The notes: a model not told the origin generated them from the letters alone. 64,000 nt of DNA from an uncultured virus (IMG/VR IMGVR_UViG_3300002098_000029) (IMGVR_UViG_3300002098_000029:1-64000); one strand, 5' to 3'; positions 17,943 through 26,648 are shown, numbered from the stretch's first letter. Made by a program: numbers and translations.

Positions 17943-18761
17943 ATGGAAATATCAATTAAAAAAGAAGATTTACAAACTAAAAGTCTGTTTGTAGCAACAC
18001 CAATGTACGGTGGTATGAACCACGGATTATACATGAAAGCCTGCCTTGATTTACAGGGTATGTGTATGCAGTATGGCGTACAAATCAAATTCTCATTCTT
18101 GTTTAATGAGTCCCTAATTACCCGTGCTCGTAACTATTTGGTTGACGAGTTTATTCACCGTTCCGAATGTACACATATGTTGTTCATTGATTCGGATGTT
18201 CATTTTAATCCTCAAGATGTTATTGCCTTGTTAGCACTTGATAAAGATGTTATTGGTGGTCCTTATCCTAAGAAAGCCATCAAATGGAAATCAGTCAAGA
18301 GAGCTATTGAAAAGAATCCTGATTTGGATCCACAATTGCTTGAAAAAGTTACTGGTGATTATGTTTTTAATCCAGTTAAAGGTACAGCACAATTTTCTGT
18401 AACAGAACCTTTAGATGTGTTGGAAATTGGTACTGGTTACATGATGATTAAGCGTGATGTGTTTAAAAAGATGGAAGAAGCATACCCTTCTATCCGTTAC
18501 AAACCTGACCATGTTGGCCAAGCTAATTTTGATGGTTCACGATACATTCATGCTTTCTTTGATACCGTTATTGATACAAAAGATTCCATTACAGGTGGTG
18601 GTTCAGATCGTTACCTTTCAGAAGATTATATGTTTTGCCAAATGTGGCGTAAACTTGGTGGATCAATTTTCCTCTGTCCTTGGATGAAAACTTCCCATAT
18701 TGGCACATATCACTTCCAAGGAGATATGCCTGCTGTTGCTAATTATGTTGGAGAAATGTAA
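17943..18761 (+). CDS. GT-A fold glycosyltransferase-like protein
   Basis: VATPMYGG, ESLITRARN, FIDSD, LSEDYMFC. Confidence 0.75.
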   Translation: MEISIKKEDLQTKSLFVATPMYGGMNHGLYMKACLDLQGMCMQYGVQIKFSFLFNESLITRARNYLVDEFIHRSECTHMLFIDSDVHFNPQDVIALLALDKDVIGGPYPKKAIKWKSVKRAIEKNPDLDPQLLEKVTGDYVFNPVKGTAQFSVTEPLDVLEIGTGYMMIKRDVFKKMEEAYPSIRYKPDHVGQANFDGSRYIHAFFDTVIDTKDSITGGGSDRYLSEDYMFCQMWRKLGGSIFLCPWMKTSHIGTYHFQGDMPAVANYVGEM

Positions 18762-19186
18762 TGGCCTGGCAAGACATTAAAGGAAATTGTGGTACGGATG
18801 ATAATACTATATTAGTTGCAGAAGCCCCTTATCATCCTGGTTATGAAGATGCTTCACCACAGGAATTTATTAAAGAAAAAGGTCGTAAATTTGATGGTGG
18901 CAAACTAGAATATGGTTTGTTACCACCACTAGCACTAGAAGAAACTGTAAAGGTATTAACTTTCGGTGCTCAGAAGTATGCCAGAGATAATTGGCAAATT
19001 GTACCAGATGCAAAACGTAGGTATTTTGATGCCGTTCAGAGGCATATGTGGGCATGGAAACAAGGTGAACAAATGGATCCTGAATCCGGTATTCATCACT
19101 TAGCACACGCAATGTGTGGCTTGATGTTTCTTTTGGAAAGAGATTTGTTTAATGATGAGGAATGGGAAAATTACATCAAGAAATAA
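18761..19186 (+). CDS. dATP/dGTP diphosphohydrolase-like (DUF5664) protein
   Basis: KFDGGK, GAQKYARDNW, DPESGIHHLAHA. Confidence 0.8.
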   Translation: MAWQDIKGNCGTDDNTILVAEAPYHPGYEDASPQEFIKEKGRKFDGGKLEYGLLPPLALEETVKVLTFGAQKYARDNWQIVPDAKRRYFDAVQRHMWAWKQGEQMDPESGIHHLAHAMCGLMFLLERDLFNDEEWENYIKK

Positions 19187-19874
19187 CTTTCACACGACCC
19201 CTATACCATCCTTTTGGTTCGGTGTTTTCGGATATAAATTTGTTTTCTAATCCATTTGTATACCATTTTAAATTTTTTTCTCTTACTGCGCTGCGACCAT
19301 ACATTGGATTATTATGACCCGAAACATCACAATGATTTTCGGATAAAGATTTTTTGTGTTCTTCTGATTTTGGTTTGCCTTTTGAAGATAATGCCATTTT
19401 TAATTTGGTTTCTTCAGATTTTTTAATGCCTTTTCGTTTTATAGACATTTTTAATTTAGTTTGTTTGGATGCTTTTATTCCAGTTTTTAATTTTCTTAAT
19501 TTATCTTTAGCGGTTTGTTTGAACATAGGATTATCAATTTTATTTCTTTCAGATTGTAATTTTGAATGTTGTTCTTTTAATATGGAATAAGTTTTTGAAG
19601 TTAATTTAAATGATCTTTTGCCTTTTGGATTCATTTTCATAGACCAAAAAGCAAAAGTCATTTCTTTATTTTGATATGCTTTCCATAACATCCAATGTGC
19701 AATAAAATGTTCTCTAGCGGAAAGTTTAATCATATTTGAAAGTTCTTTAGAACCGCCCATGGATTTAGGTACAATGTGGTGATTTTCAGTATATCCAATA
19801 TAAGTCCTCAATTTACAAGAATTGATGAATTTTAAATAACGATTTAGGTATAATTGGTTTTTAATTGTAATCAT
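19176..19874 (-). CDS. HNH homing endonuclease with NUMOD3 repeats
   Basis: ENHHIVPKSMGG...LSAREHFIAH; KSEETKLKM repeats. Confidence 0.9.
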   Translation of the reverse strand: MITIKNQLYLNRYLKFINSCKLRTYIGYTENHHIVPKSMGGSKELSNMIKLSAREHFIAHWMLWKAYQNKEMTFAFWSMKMNPKGKRSFKLTSKTYSILKEQHSKLQSERNKIDNPMFKQTAKDKLRKLKTGIKASKQTKLKMSIKRKGIKKSEETKLKMALSSKGKPKSEEHKKSLSENHCDVSGHNNPMYGRSAVREKNLKWYTNGLENKFISENTEPKGWYRGRVKVIS

Positions 19875-19879
19875 GTATG

Positions 19880-19887
19880 TATTTATA
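19880..19887 (-). promoter_or_regulatory. Late promoter 5 nt before the endonuclease ATG
   Basis: TATTTATA on + strand. Confidence 0.7.
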
Positions 19888-19934
19888 TGAACACCGATTT
19901 ACAAATATTAAGTGTGGTATAAATGTTAAAACTA

Positions 19935-19963
19935 TTGACATTTATATTTTTTTATGTTAAAGT
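19935..19963 (+). promoter_or_regulatory. sigma70-like promoter for gp45 operon
   Basis: TTGACA-17 nt-TAAAGT with TG extension. Confidence 0.6.
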
Positions 19964-19996
19964 AGTATATGTATTCTTTAAATAATGGAGATGTAA

Positions 19997-20671
19997 ATGA
20001 AGCTGTCAAATGAAACACTAACGGTATTGAAGAATTTTTCAAGTATCAATCAAGGCATTCAATTCAAAAAAGGTAGCAAACTTACCACAGTATCTTCTGG
20101 TAAAACTGTATTGGCTCAAGCAAATCTTAAAGATGTATTTCCACAAGATTTCTGCATCTATGATTTGAACCAATTTCTATCAGTAAATTCTTTATTCAAA
20201 GATTCTGCTGAACTTGAATTCAATAGTTCTGATGTTATTTTCAAAAGTGGTAAACGCAAAACAAATTATCGCATGACGGCTAAAGAGATGATTGTTGTTC
20301 CACCAGAAAAAGAACTTACTTTACCTTCAATTGATTGTGAATTTAAATTAACACAAGAAGATTATGAGTGGATCATGAAAACGGCTTCAGTATTATCTTC
20401 ACCGCATATTGCTGTGGAATCAGATGGAGAAACCGTCAACATTGTTACCTTTGATGCTGGTGATAACTCACAAAGTACTAATTCAATTGAAGTTGGAGAA
20501 GGTAACGGTAAAAAATATAAGATTGTATTCAAAACAGAGAATATTAAACTTATCCCCGGAAGTTATGATGTTAAGATTTCTTTCAAAGGCATCGGACACT
20601 TCCAAAACACCAAAGATGACATCCAATATTGGATCGCATTCGAAGCTAAAGAAACCAAAATCGGAGAATAA
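19997..20671 (+). CDS. gp45: Sliding clamp
   Basis: MKLSNETLTVLKNFSSIN, IYDLNQFL, YWIAFE. Confidence 0.95.
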   Translation: MKLSNETLTVLKNFSSINQGIQFKKGSKLTTVSSGKTVLAQANLKDVFPQDFCIYDLNQFLSVNSLFKDSAELEFNSSDVIFKSGKRKTNYRMTAKEMIVVPPEKELTLPSIDCEFKLTQEDYEWIMKTASVLSSPHIAVESDGETVNIVTFDAGDNSQSTNSIEVGEGNGKKYKIVFKTENIKLIPGSYDVKISFKGIGHFQNTKDDIQYWIAFEAKETKIGE

Positions 20672-20672
20672 T

Positions 20673-20888
20673 ATGTTAGTAACTTTTACAGATGCAAAAT
20701 CAAACAATTCAATCGCAGTTAATCCTGAGCATGTAGTTGCTGTGTTTACAGTACCTGCAACACCAGATGAAACTGGTACCATTAGTGCTGATGCTGGTAA
20801 AACAGTTATCGGTGTTTTGAATGGTAACATTTTAGTTAATGAAGATTATTTGGATGTTGTTGGTCAGTTCCAAGGCCGGTTGAAATAA
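20673..20888 (+). CDS. Small hypothetical protein
   Basis: MLVTFTDAKSNNSIAVNPEHVVAV; GGAG SD; ORF-track start 20409 is an artefactual extension. Confidence 0.7.
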   Translation: MLVTFTDAKSNNSIAVNPEHVVAVFTVPATPDETGTISADAGKTVIGVLNGNILVNEDYLDVVGQFQGRLK

Positions 20889-21163
20889 TGACTACAATTC
20901 AAACTTTGTTTGGAACTTTTGATGATAAACAACTTAAAGAATTGTTAGGTGCCATTACTGAAATTAATGAACACCAATACCATATTAAAGTTAAACAGAA
21001 TCAAATTAAAGAGATTGTTGATGTTACATTTGATAATTTAAAGATTCCTAAAAAATTGATTAAACGCATGGCAAAAGTTTACATGAATCAATCTCTACAA
21101 GAAGAAGTAGCTGAGTTTAAAGAATTTGAAGCATTATTTGAAGGCATTACAGAAGTTAAGTGA
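20888..21163 (+). CDS. T4 DsbA-like dsDNA-binding protein
   Basis: IKEIVD...IPKKLIKRMAKVYMNQ...FEALFE pattern. Confidence 0.65.
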   Translation: MTTIQTLFGTFDDKQLKELLGAITEINEHQYHIKVKQNQIKEIVDVTFDNLKIPKKLIKRMAKVYMNQSLQEEVAEFKEFEALFEGITEVK

Positions 21164-21166
21164 TGT

Positions 21167-21190
21167 ACACGGACTAAGGTCCGTGTTTTT
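21167..21190 (+). terminator. Intrinsic terminator before gp44
   Basis: ACACGGAC-TAAG-GTCCGTGT + T run. Confidence 0.8.
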
Positions 21191-21213
21191 ATTTTATATT
21201 ATGGGAGTTTTAA

Positions 21214-22149
21214 ATGGAACATTTGCTCTGGGTGGAAAAATACAGGCCAGCCAAAGTGGAAGATTGTATTCTACCAGATTCAATCAAAACCACATTCTTG
21301 GATTATGTCGCTAGAAAAGAAATACCGAATTTATTATTATCAGGTAGTGCCGGTGTTGGTAAAACTACAATCGCAAAGGCTCTCTGTGAAGAAGTTGGTT
21401 GTGATTATATTGTTATCAATGGCTCTGACGAATCTGGTATTGATGTTCTCCGTACTAAAATTAAAAACTATGCTTCTTCGGTTTCTCTTGCTGGTGGGAG
21501 AAAAGTTGTTATCATTGACGAAGCAGACTATCTAAATCCCAATTCAACACAACCTGCGTTGCGTGGTGCAATCGAGGAGTTCTCCTCAAACTGCTCATTC
21601 ATCTTCACCTGTAACTTTAAGAATCGTATTATTGATCCGATTCATTCTCGTTGTTCCGTTATTGACTTTAAAATCAATGGTAACAAAGCAAAAATGGCTG
21701 CATCTTTCATGAAGCGGGTGGAGTGGATTCTTGATCAAGAAAAAGTGACCTATGATAAAGATGTAGTTGCAGCCGTTATCATGAAACACTTTCCGGACAA
21801 TCGTAGGGTTCTTAATGAATTGCAACGATATTCCGTATCTGGTTCTATTGATAAAGGTATTCTTTCTAATATTGCTGATGTGGAACTTGGTTCTTTGATT
21901 ACAGCATTAAAAAGTAAAGATTTTGCATCTACTCGTAAGTGGGTAACTGCCAACTCAGACCAAGATTCTTCCGTACTATTCAGAAAACTCTATGACGGAT
22001 TATACGATAAATTACAAGCAAATTCTGTACCACAATTGGTTTTAATCTTGGCCAAATATCAATACCAAACTGCTTTTGTTGCTGACGCTGAGCTGAATAT
22101 TACTGCTTGTTTAGTGGAAATAATGGTCGACTGTTCCTTTAAGGAGTAA
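21214..22149 (+). CDS. gp44: Clamp loader ATPase subunit
   Basis: LWVEKYRP, GSAGVGKT, IIDEAD, SRC. Confidence 0.96.
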   Translation: MEHLLWVEKYRPAKVEDCILPDSIKTTFLDYVARKEIPNLLLSGSAGVGKTTIAKALCEEVGCDYIVINGSDESGIDVLRTKIKNYASSVSLAGGRKVVIIDEADYLNPNSTQPALRGAIEEFSSNCSFIFTCNFKNRIIDPIHSRCSVIDFKINGNKAKMAASFMKRVEWILDQEKVTYDKDVVAAVIMKHFPDNRRVLNELQRYSVSGSIDKGILSNIADVELGSLITALKSKDFASTRKWVTANSDQDSSVLFRKLYDGLYDKLQANSVPQLVLILAKYQYQTAFVADAELNITACLVEIMVDCSFKE

Positions 22150-22151
22150 TT

Positions 22152-22541
22152 ATGCCTGATATTTTTAAAGAAATTATTCCGGCCATACTTCAAACTAAAA
22201 AAAATCCATTCCAAGTTGAACATGATTATAAGGTTTATGCACCATTTATAGTAAATCGTGGCCTTTCGTTACACTTCGATTGCGTTTTATACGCTAATGA
22301 GATGAATCTGCGCCCTTTTATTGATAAGGATCAACAGTTCCAATTTCTTCTAAATACCATTAGGTCGATGAAACGGAAATTCCAACCGTGGCAGAAATCA
22401 GAGACCGAAAAGGATTTAGAATGTGTTAAGCAATATTTTGGATACTCCAATGAGAAGGCCAAAGAAGCTTTACGAATTCTTAATGATGAGCAACTCGCTG
22501 AGATAAAAATAAAAACAGCAAAAGGCGGAGTAACCAAGTAA
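22152..22541 (+). CDS. gp62: Clamp loader small subunit
   Basis: PFIVNRGLS, ANEMN, YFGYSNEKA. Confidence 0.93.
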   Translation: MPDIFKEIIPAILQTKKNPFQVEHDYKVYAPFIVNRGLSLHFDCVLYANEMNLRPFIDKDQQFQFLLNTIRSMKRKFQPWQKSETEKDLECVKQYFGYSNEKAKEALRILNDEQLAEIKIKTAKGGVTK

Positions 22542-22948
22542 TGATTTCGATTATTGATTTAGTTGAAGTTACATTGAGTGAGAGAGATGATTTCCTAAAA
22601 GTTCGTGAAACATTAACTCGCATCGGTGTAGCTTCCAAAAAAGACAGAATACTCTACCAATCTTGCCATATTCTACATAAGCAAGGTAAATATTATGTGG
22701 TGCACTTCAAGGAATTATTCGCCTTGGATGGTAAACCAACGGATATATCAGAGAATGATTTATCTCGTAGGAACGCTATTGCTAAACTGCTGAGTGATTG
22801 GGGTTTAGTAAAGATTGTTAATACCAGACAGATTGAAGAACCACCTCCTATCTTTTTGTCACAGATTAAAATTCTGTCACACAAAGAAAAAGATGAATGG
22901 GAATTGACACCCAAGTATAATATTGGTAAAAAACCAGGATCGTATTAA
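22541..22948 (+). CDS. regA: Translational repressor
   Basis: DFLKVRETLTRIG, LYQSCHILHKQG, HFKELF. Confidence 0.96.
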   Translation: MISIIDLVEVTLSERDDFLKVRETLTRIGVASKKDRILYQSCHILHKQGKYYVVHFKELFALDGKPTDISENDLSRRNAIAKLLSDWGLVKIVNTRQIEEPPPIFLSQIKILSHKEKDEWELTPKYNIGKKPGSY

Positions 22949-22954
22949 ATCTGT

Positions 22955-22962
22955 TATAAATA
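22955..22962 (+). promoter_or_regulatory. Late promoter upstream of Hsp20 leader
   Basis: TATAAATA. Confidence 0.65.
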
Positions 22963-22968
22963 TTTTTT

Positions 22969-23072
22969 GACTTCCCTTAGGACCGCTAAGTACGAAGTGT
23001 TTTAAAGCGGGCATGACACTACGATGCCGCTGGATACCGTAACCAGTTTAACCGATACGCCTTAGGGGTATC
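22969..23072 (+). ncRNA. Unidentified structured leader RNA
   Basis: Stems ACTTC/GAAGT, CTTAG/CTAAG, GGCAT/ATGCC, CTGG/CCAG, GATAC/GTATC; GC-rich in AT-rich context. Confidence 0.55.
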
Positions 23073-23085
23073 AATTTTTTATCAA

Positions 23086-23105
23086 TCTCGCTTCATATAA
23101 GGAGA
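23086..23105 (+). promoter_or_regulatory. ROSE-like RNA thermometer hairpin
   Basis: TCTC-G-CTT pairs with AAGGAGA SD with a bulged G (UCGCU motif), upstream of a small heat-shock gene. Confidence 0.7.
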
Positions 23106-23110
23106 ACATT

Positions 23111-23533
23111 ATGTTCACAACACTCAATGCATTATCCAAACAGTTTGATCCATTTTCTATTGGTTTTGAGGGTGTCTTAGATGACATTCAAGAAATGGCA
23201 GCCAAACAAATTCAGAAGTATCCTCCATATAATATTAAACAAGTAAATGCTAAGAAATGGGTCATTGAAATGGCCGTTGCTGGTTTTGCTAAATCTGATA
23301 TTGAACTCACACTAGATGGTAATAAACTTACTGTTAAAGGTGCCGCTAAGGAAGATGAAACTGAAGGCGATTATGTATTCAAAGGTATTGCTAACCGTGA
23401 CTTTAAACATGAATTCAAGATTGCTGACCAAGTTGAAATTGGTAATGCAGAATTGGTAAATGGTATGTTGAAAGTTTGGTTGGAATCTTTGGTTAAAACT
23501 CAAGACAATATCAAGAAAATTGCCATTAAGTAA
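23111..23533 (+). CDS. Small heat shock protein (Hsp20/IbpA-like)
   Basis: YPPYNI, EMAVAGF, KGIANRDF, AELVNGML. Confidence 0.93.
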   Translation: MFTTLNALSKQFDPFSIGFEGVLDDIQEMAAKQIQKYPPYNIKQVNAKKWVIEMAVAGFAKSDIELTLDGNKLTVKGAAKEDETEGDYVFKGIANRDFKHEFKIADQVEIGNAELVNGMLKVWLESLVKTQDNIKKIAIK

Positions 23534-23599
23534 TTGATTTAATTGAAGTTTCAATGTAAAATTGCATTTTTGCGTTTTGCTGTGAAACTGGTAATAATG

Positions 23600-23638
23600 T
23601 AGGGGGTTGGTTGACAATCCCCTATTTTCGTGTATAAT
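23600..23638 (+). promoter_or_regulatory. Terminator hairpin overlapping a sigma70-like promoter
   Basis: TAGGGG...CCCCTA-TTTT hairpin contains TTGACA(23611), 16 nt from TATAAT(23633). Confidence 0.6.
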
Positions 23639-23647
23639 GGTATTATT

Positions 23648-23848
23648 ATGATGAAAAATGTGAAAAAACCTCAAATCCGTAAAGTGCGCAATCGTTTGCA
23701 CCATGACGAAATCTATTATACCTATTCTAATTGGGAAACCAAAGATATTGACGGTATTCAATTTATTCCTGTGGTGAAACAACCACAAGAAATGAAACTG
23801 CAGCAAATTCATTATATGAAAAAAGATAACATGGAGTTTATCAAGTGA
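23648..23848 (+). CDS. Hypothetical protein
   Basis: ORF downstream of promoter, coupled to next gene. Confidence 0.65.
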   Translation: MMKNVKKPQIRKVRNRLHHDEIYYTYSNWETKDIDGIQFIPVVKQPQEMKLQQIHYMKKDNMEFIK

Positions 23849-24045
23849 ACAAAATTGAACAAATGAATTTATATCAAAGGCACCAATTTGATCCTAGTAG
23901 TAAAGATGATATGAAGGTCGTTAGAAAGTTCTTACACAACATGAAGTGGGAAAATAATTGTCCTTTTTATTTGGAGTGGCCATATTTGGACATTCCGACT
24001 ATGCTAAAAGATAGAATTACAAAATATACATTGAAAGGTTTATGA
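23845..24045 (+). CDS. Hypothetical protein
   Basis: GGAG SD, GTG start; CPFYLEWPYLDIP. Confidence 0.7.
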   Translation: MNKIEQMNLYQRHQFDPSSKDDMKVVRKFLHNMKWENNCPFYLEWPYLDIPTMLKDRITKYTLKGL

Positions 24046-24215
24046 TGGATTGGTTAATGTATTCTGGTTGCAATATTACTTTGAAATTAAATCCATTTCA
24101 CTGGAGAATTTCTTGTAAATATAATAAAACAAATGAAGTATGGGAACAAGATGCTTTGGTGATTGAATTGTTGCCCATCACAATTCGTCTTTGGTTTGAT
24201 AATGGTGAATGGTAA
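24042..24215 (+). CDS. Hypothetical protein (57 aa, not in ORF track)
   Basis: MMDWLMYSGCNITLKLNPFHWR...WFDNGEW; ATGA and TAATG coupling at both ends. Confidence 0.65.
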   Translation: MMDWLMYSGCNITLKLNPFHWRISCKYNKTNEVWEQDALVIELLPITIRLWFDNGEW

Positions 24216-24814
24216 TGATACCCCGTAAATTAAATAATTTTATCGACAAAGATAACCTCAAACTACATTTCATTAAAGACCTTGTAGGTAATGATAGACG
24301 GCTTCGCTTTGGTGGTTCTCTTAGTGATGAAGCTATTGAAACCTATTTGAAATCTTCTTTTGTGGATTTTGGTATTAACAATATGTGGTTTATTGTTGAT
24401 ATTGAATCACCAGAAACTTTTGGTCGTAAAGTTGTGGCTACTTGTCATGTAAATTATGATTACAAAACAAATACAGCAGAACTAGGATTAACGGTTAGTC
24501 CCGATTACCGTAACCAGAAAATCGGGCAAGAATTATATAATCGTGGTGTAACATGGGCTCGTATGAAAGGTGCTGAAACCATCTTCATGCATTGTCTATC
24601 TGAAAACAAAACGATGCAACATATTGCTCGCAAAGCCGGTATGACTGTTATTACACTTGACCCAACCGAAAAACAATCTTCAATCAAAGTTGATAAAAAT
24701 CAGGTTGTTGCTGGATTTGAAGATTCAGTTTATGAACAAATGGCAGTTTATGATATGTTGGTACGAAATCAGAAATGGTTCTTTACTAGTTTTATGAAAA
24801 TGTTTAAGAAATGA
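24215..24814 (+). CDS. GNAT-family acetyltransferase
   Basis: RRLRFG, AELGLTVSPDYRNQKIG, N..MQHIARKAG. Confidence 0.85.
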   Translation: MIPRKLNNFIDKDNLKLHFIKDLVGNDRRLRFGGSLSDEAIETYLKSSFVDFGINNMWFIVDIESPETFGRKVVATCHVNYDYKTNTAELGLTVSPDYRNQKIGQELYNRGVTWARMKGAETIFMHCLSENKTMQHIARKAGMTVITLDPTEKQSSIKVDKNQVVAGFEDSVYEQMAVYDMLVRNQKWFFTSFMKMFKK

Positions 24815-25245
24815 AACAAAAGTTTATTGACGCTTACATGGATGTAGCAAAGAGATTTGCACAATTATCATCCGCTAAAAGATTACAGGTGGGTGCGATT
24901 GTAGTAAAGGATGATAGAATTGTTTCGATTGGTTACAACGGAATGCCGTCTGGTTGGGATAATGGTTGTGAGAACATATTAGAAGATGGCACAACCAAAA
25001 CCAAACCTGAGGTGATTCATGCGGAAGCTAATTGTATTGCGAAATTAGCTAAGAGTTCTGAGTCTGGTGATGGATCCACAATGTTTTTAACTCACGCACC
25101 TTGTATCGATTGCGCCAAACAGATTTACACGGCTGGCATAAATAAAGTATATTATAATCAAAACTATAGAGATACTTTAGGCATTGATTTCCTTAAAAAG
25201 TGTAACGTAAAGGTAGAACAATGCAAGGCTGGGGAAAACACCTAA
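24811..25245 (+). CDS. cd: dCMP deaminase
   Basis: HAEAN and PCIDC zinc motifs, GYNG. Confidence 0.92.
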   Translation: MKQKFIDAYMDVAKRFAQLSSAKRLQVGAIVVKDDRIVSIGYNGMPSGWDNGCENILEDGTTKTKPEVIHAEANCIAKLAKSSESGDGSTMFLTHAPCIDCAKQIYTAGINKVYYNQNYRDTLGIDFLKKCNVKVEQCKAGENT

Positions 25246-25580
25246 TCATCGATGCTCGTGGATGCAACATTCAAAGAGCAAACGATCCAGAATATATTAA
25301 GCATTTTACCAAGGAACTGGTAAGATTGATAGAAATGAAGGCGTATGGTGAACCACAAGTGGTACATTTTGCGGATGGTACAGATAAAGCTGGTTGGACT
25401 GTGTTACAATTAATTGAAACATCAAATATAACAGGACACTTCTTGGACCACAATGGAGACCTCTACCTTGATGTATTCAGCTGTAAAACGTTCTCGGAAC
25501 ATACCGTTTTGAGTGCTTTAAAACTGTTCTTTTCACCTGATGAAATTAAACATCAAGTGATCTGGCGGGATGCTAATTAG
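25221..25580 (+). CDS. S-adenosylmethionine decarboxylase-like proenzyme
   Basis: WGKHLIID, LIETSNITGH, LDVFSCK. Confidence 0.8.
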   Translation: MQGWGKHLIIDARGCNIQRANDPEYIKHFTKELVRLIEMKAYGEPQVVHFADGTDKAGWTVLQLIETSNITGHFLDHNGDLYLDVFSCKTFSEHTVLSALKLFFSPDEIKHQVIWRDAN

Positions 25581-25650
25581 ATAAATAAAGGTTGTGAGTA
25601 TTAACGGAGATATGCAATTATTGGGTCAACTTATTAAGGAGAGACCTAAA

Positions 25651-26154
25651 ATGCAGTTAAGTATAGTCGGTTGTCCCGATAAACAGCGTTTCCGTCCCTA
25701 TGTTAGAAGGGCTGCTCTTTTTTACGCCAACGAACTCATGAAACCTAAGATGTTAGAAAACATCTATCTTAGAATCAAATTCAACAGTAAAATAAATGTT
25801 TACGGATATGCTGAAATTTTAGAATATAATGAAAGTCGTAAAGCAAGAGAATTTGAAATAGAATTAAACCCAAACATTGGAGCAGCAGAAATTCTGAAAT
25901 GTTTGGCACATGAAATGACACATATTAAACAATATGCCTATAATGAAACCAACGAAACATTAACTCGTTGGAAAGGTAGAAAAGTTGATTCCGATAATAT
26001 GGATTATTGGATTCAACCTTGGGAAATAGAAGCCTTTGGTACTGAAGTAGGATTATTTGCAAAGTTTGCCATCAAAGAAAAACTTTGGGATGTATTTTAC
26101 GGAATACAAAATCCCGATGGACCAATAGAAATAGAAGAATTGGGTTGGAAATAA
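25651..26154 (+). CDS. Zincin-like metallopeptidase
   Basis: AHEMTH (HExxH), QPWEIEA; AAGGAG SD before ATG 25651. Confidence 0.75.
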   Translation: MQLSIVGCPDKQRFRPYVRRAALFYANELMKPKMLENIYLRIKFNSKINVYGYAEILEYNESRKAREFEIELNPNIGAAEILKCLAHEMTHIKQYAYNETNETLTRWKGRKVDSDNMDYWIQPWEIEAFGTEVGLFAKFAIKEKLWDVFYGIQNPDGPIEIEELGWK

Positions 26155-26163
26155 ATTCAATAG

Positions 26164-26215
26164 TGTTGTTTCCACACAACACCATGGTTGACAAACAAAT
26201 TTAAACCTGTATAAT
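26164..26215 (+). promoter_or_regulatory. Palindrome TGTTGT-N6-ACAACA followed by sigma70-like promoter P1 of tRNA region
   Basis: Palindrome 26164-26181; TTGACA(26188)-16 nt-TATAAT(26210). Confidence 0.7.
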
Positions 26216-26266
26216 GGTCGTCTGAATCGAGTTAAAGAAATATTTTTTAAGTATACAGTATATTGC

Positions 26267-26295
26267 TTGACAAATGAGCATATATACTGTATAAT
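26267..26295 (+). promoter_or_regulatory. Consensus sigma70 promoter P2 of tRNA region
   Basis: TTGACA-17 nt-TATAAT. Confidence 0.85.
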
Positions 26296-26332
26296 TGTTG
26301 AATTAAATAAATTAAGTAAAGAAAGAAATAAA

Positions 26333-26434
26333 ATGTTGTTTGTAACGAAACCTTTATCCATGCAGTCAGAGTATCGCACACCGAGTAATTGGTCAGCGAT
26401 TGGCTTTGACCATGTTTTCGGGGTTCGTGTATAG
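26333..26434 (+). CDS. Putative attenuator leader peptide (33 aa)
   Basis: MLFVTKPLSMQSEYRTPSNWSAIGFDHVFGVRV*; same GAAAGAAATAAAATG start context as gp55; 3' end overlaps antiterminator arm. Confidence 0.65.
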   Translation: MLFVTKPLSMQSEYRTPSNWSAIGFDHVFGVRV

Positions 26435-26495
26435 AACAAATGTAATTCTCTTTCACACACGAACCCGATTCTAAACAAATCGGGTTTTTTGTTTT
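26421..26495 (+). terminator. Mutually exclusive antiterminator/terminator (attenuator)
   Basis: GGGTTCGTGT(26421)/ACACGAACCC(26457) versus AACCCGATT(26462)/AATCGGGTT(26478)+TTTTGTTTT. Confidence 0.8.
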
Positions 26496-26545
26496 CCGCA
26501 GTTTGTTTTAATGTTACTAGACAGTAAACAATTTCGTTAGTAACA

Positions 26546-26568
26546 GTTCTTTAAAAATTTAAGTAGTA
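26546..26568 (+). promoter_or_regulatory. boxA-like antitermination element
   Basis: GTTCTTTAAAAATTTAAGTAGTA, near-duplicated at 27064. Confidence 0.65.
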
Positions 26569-26573
26569 TCTAT

Positions 26574-26647
26574 TGAGATATAGTGTAATGGCAGCACAGG
26601 TGACTTTGACTCACCTAGTATAAGTTCGAGTCTTATTATCTCTACCA
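26574..26647 (+). tRNA. tRNA-Gln(TTG)
   Basis: Cloverleaf, GGTGA-CTTTGAC-TCACC, TTCGA loop, CCA. Confidence 0.9.
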
Positions 26648-26648
26648 T

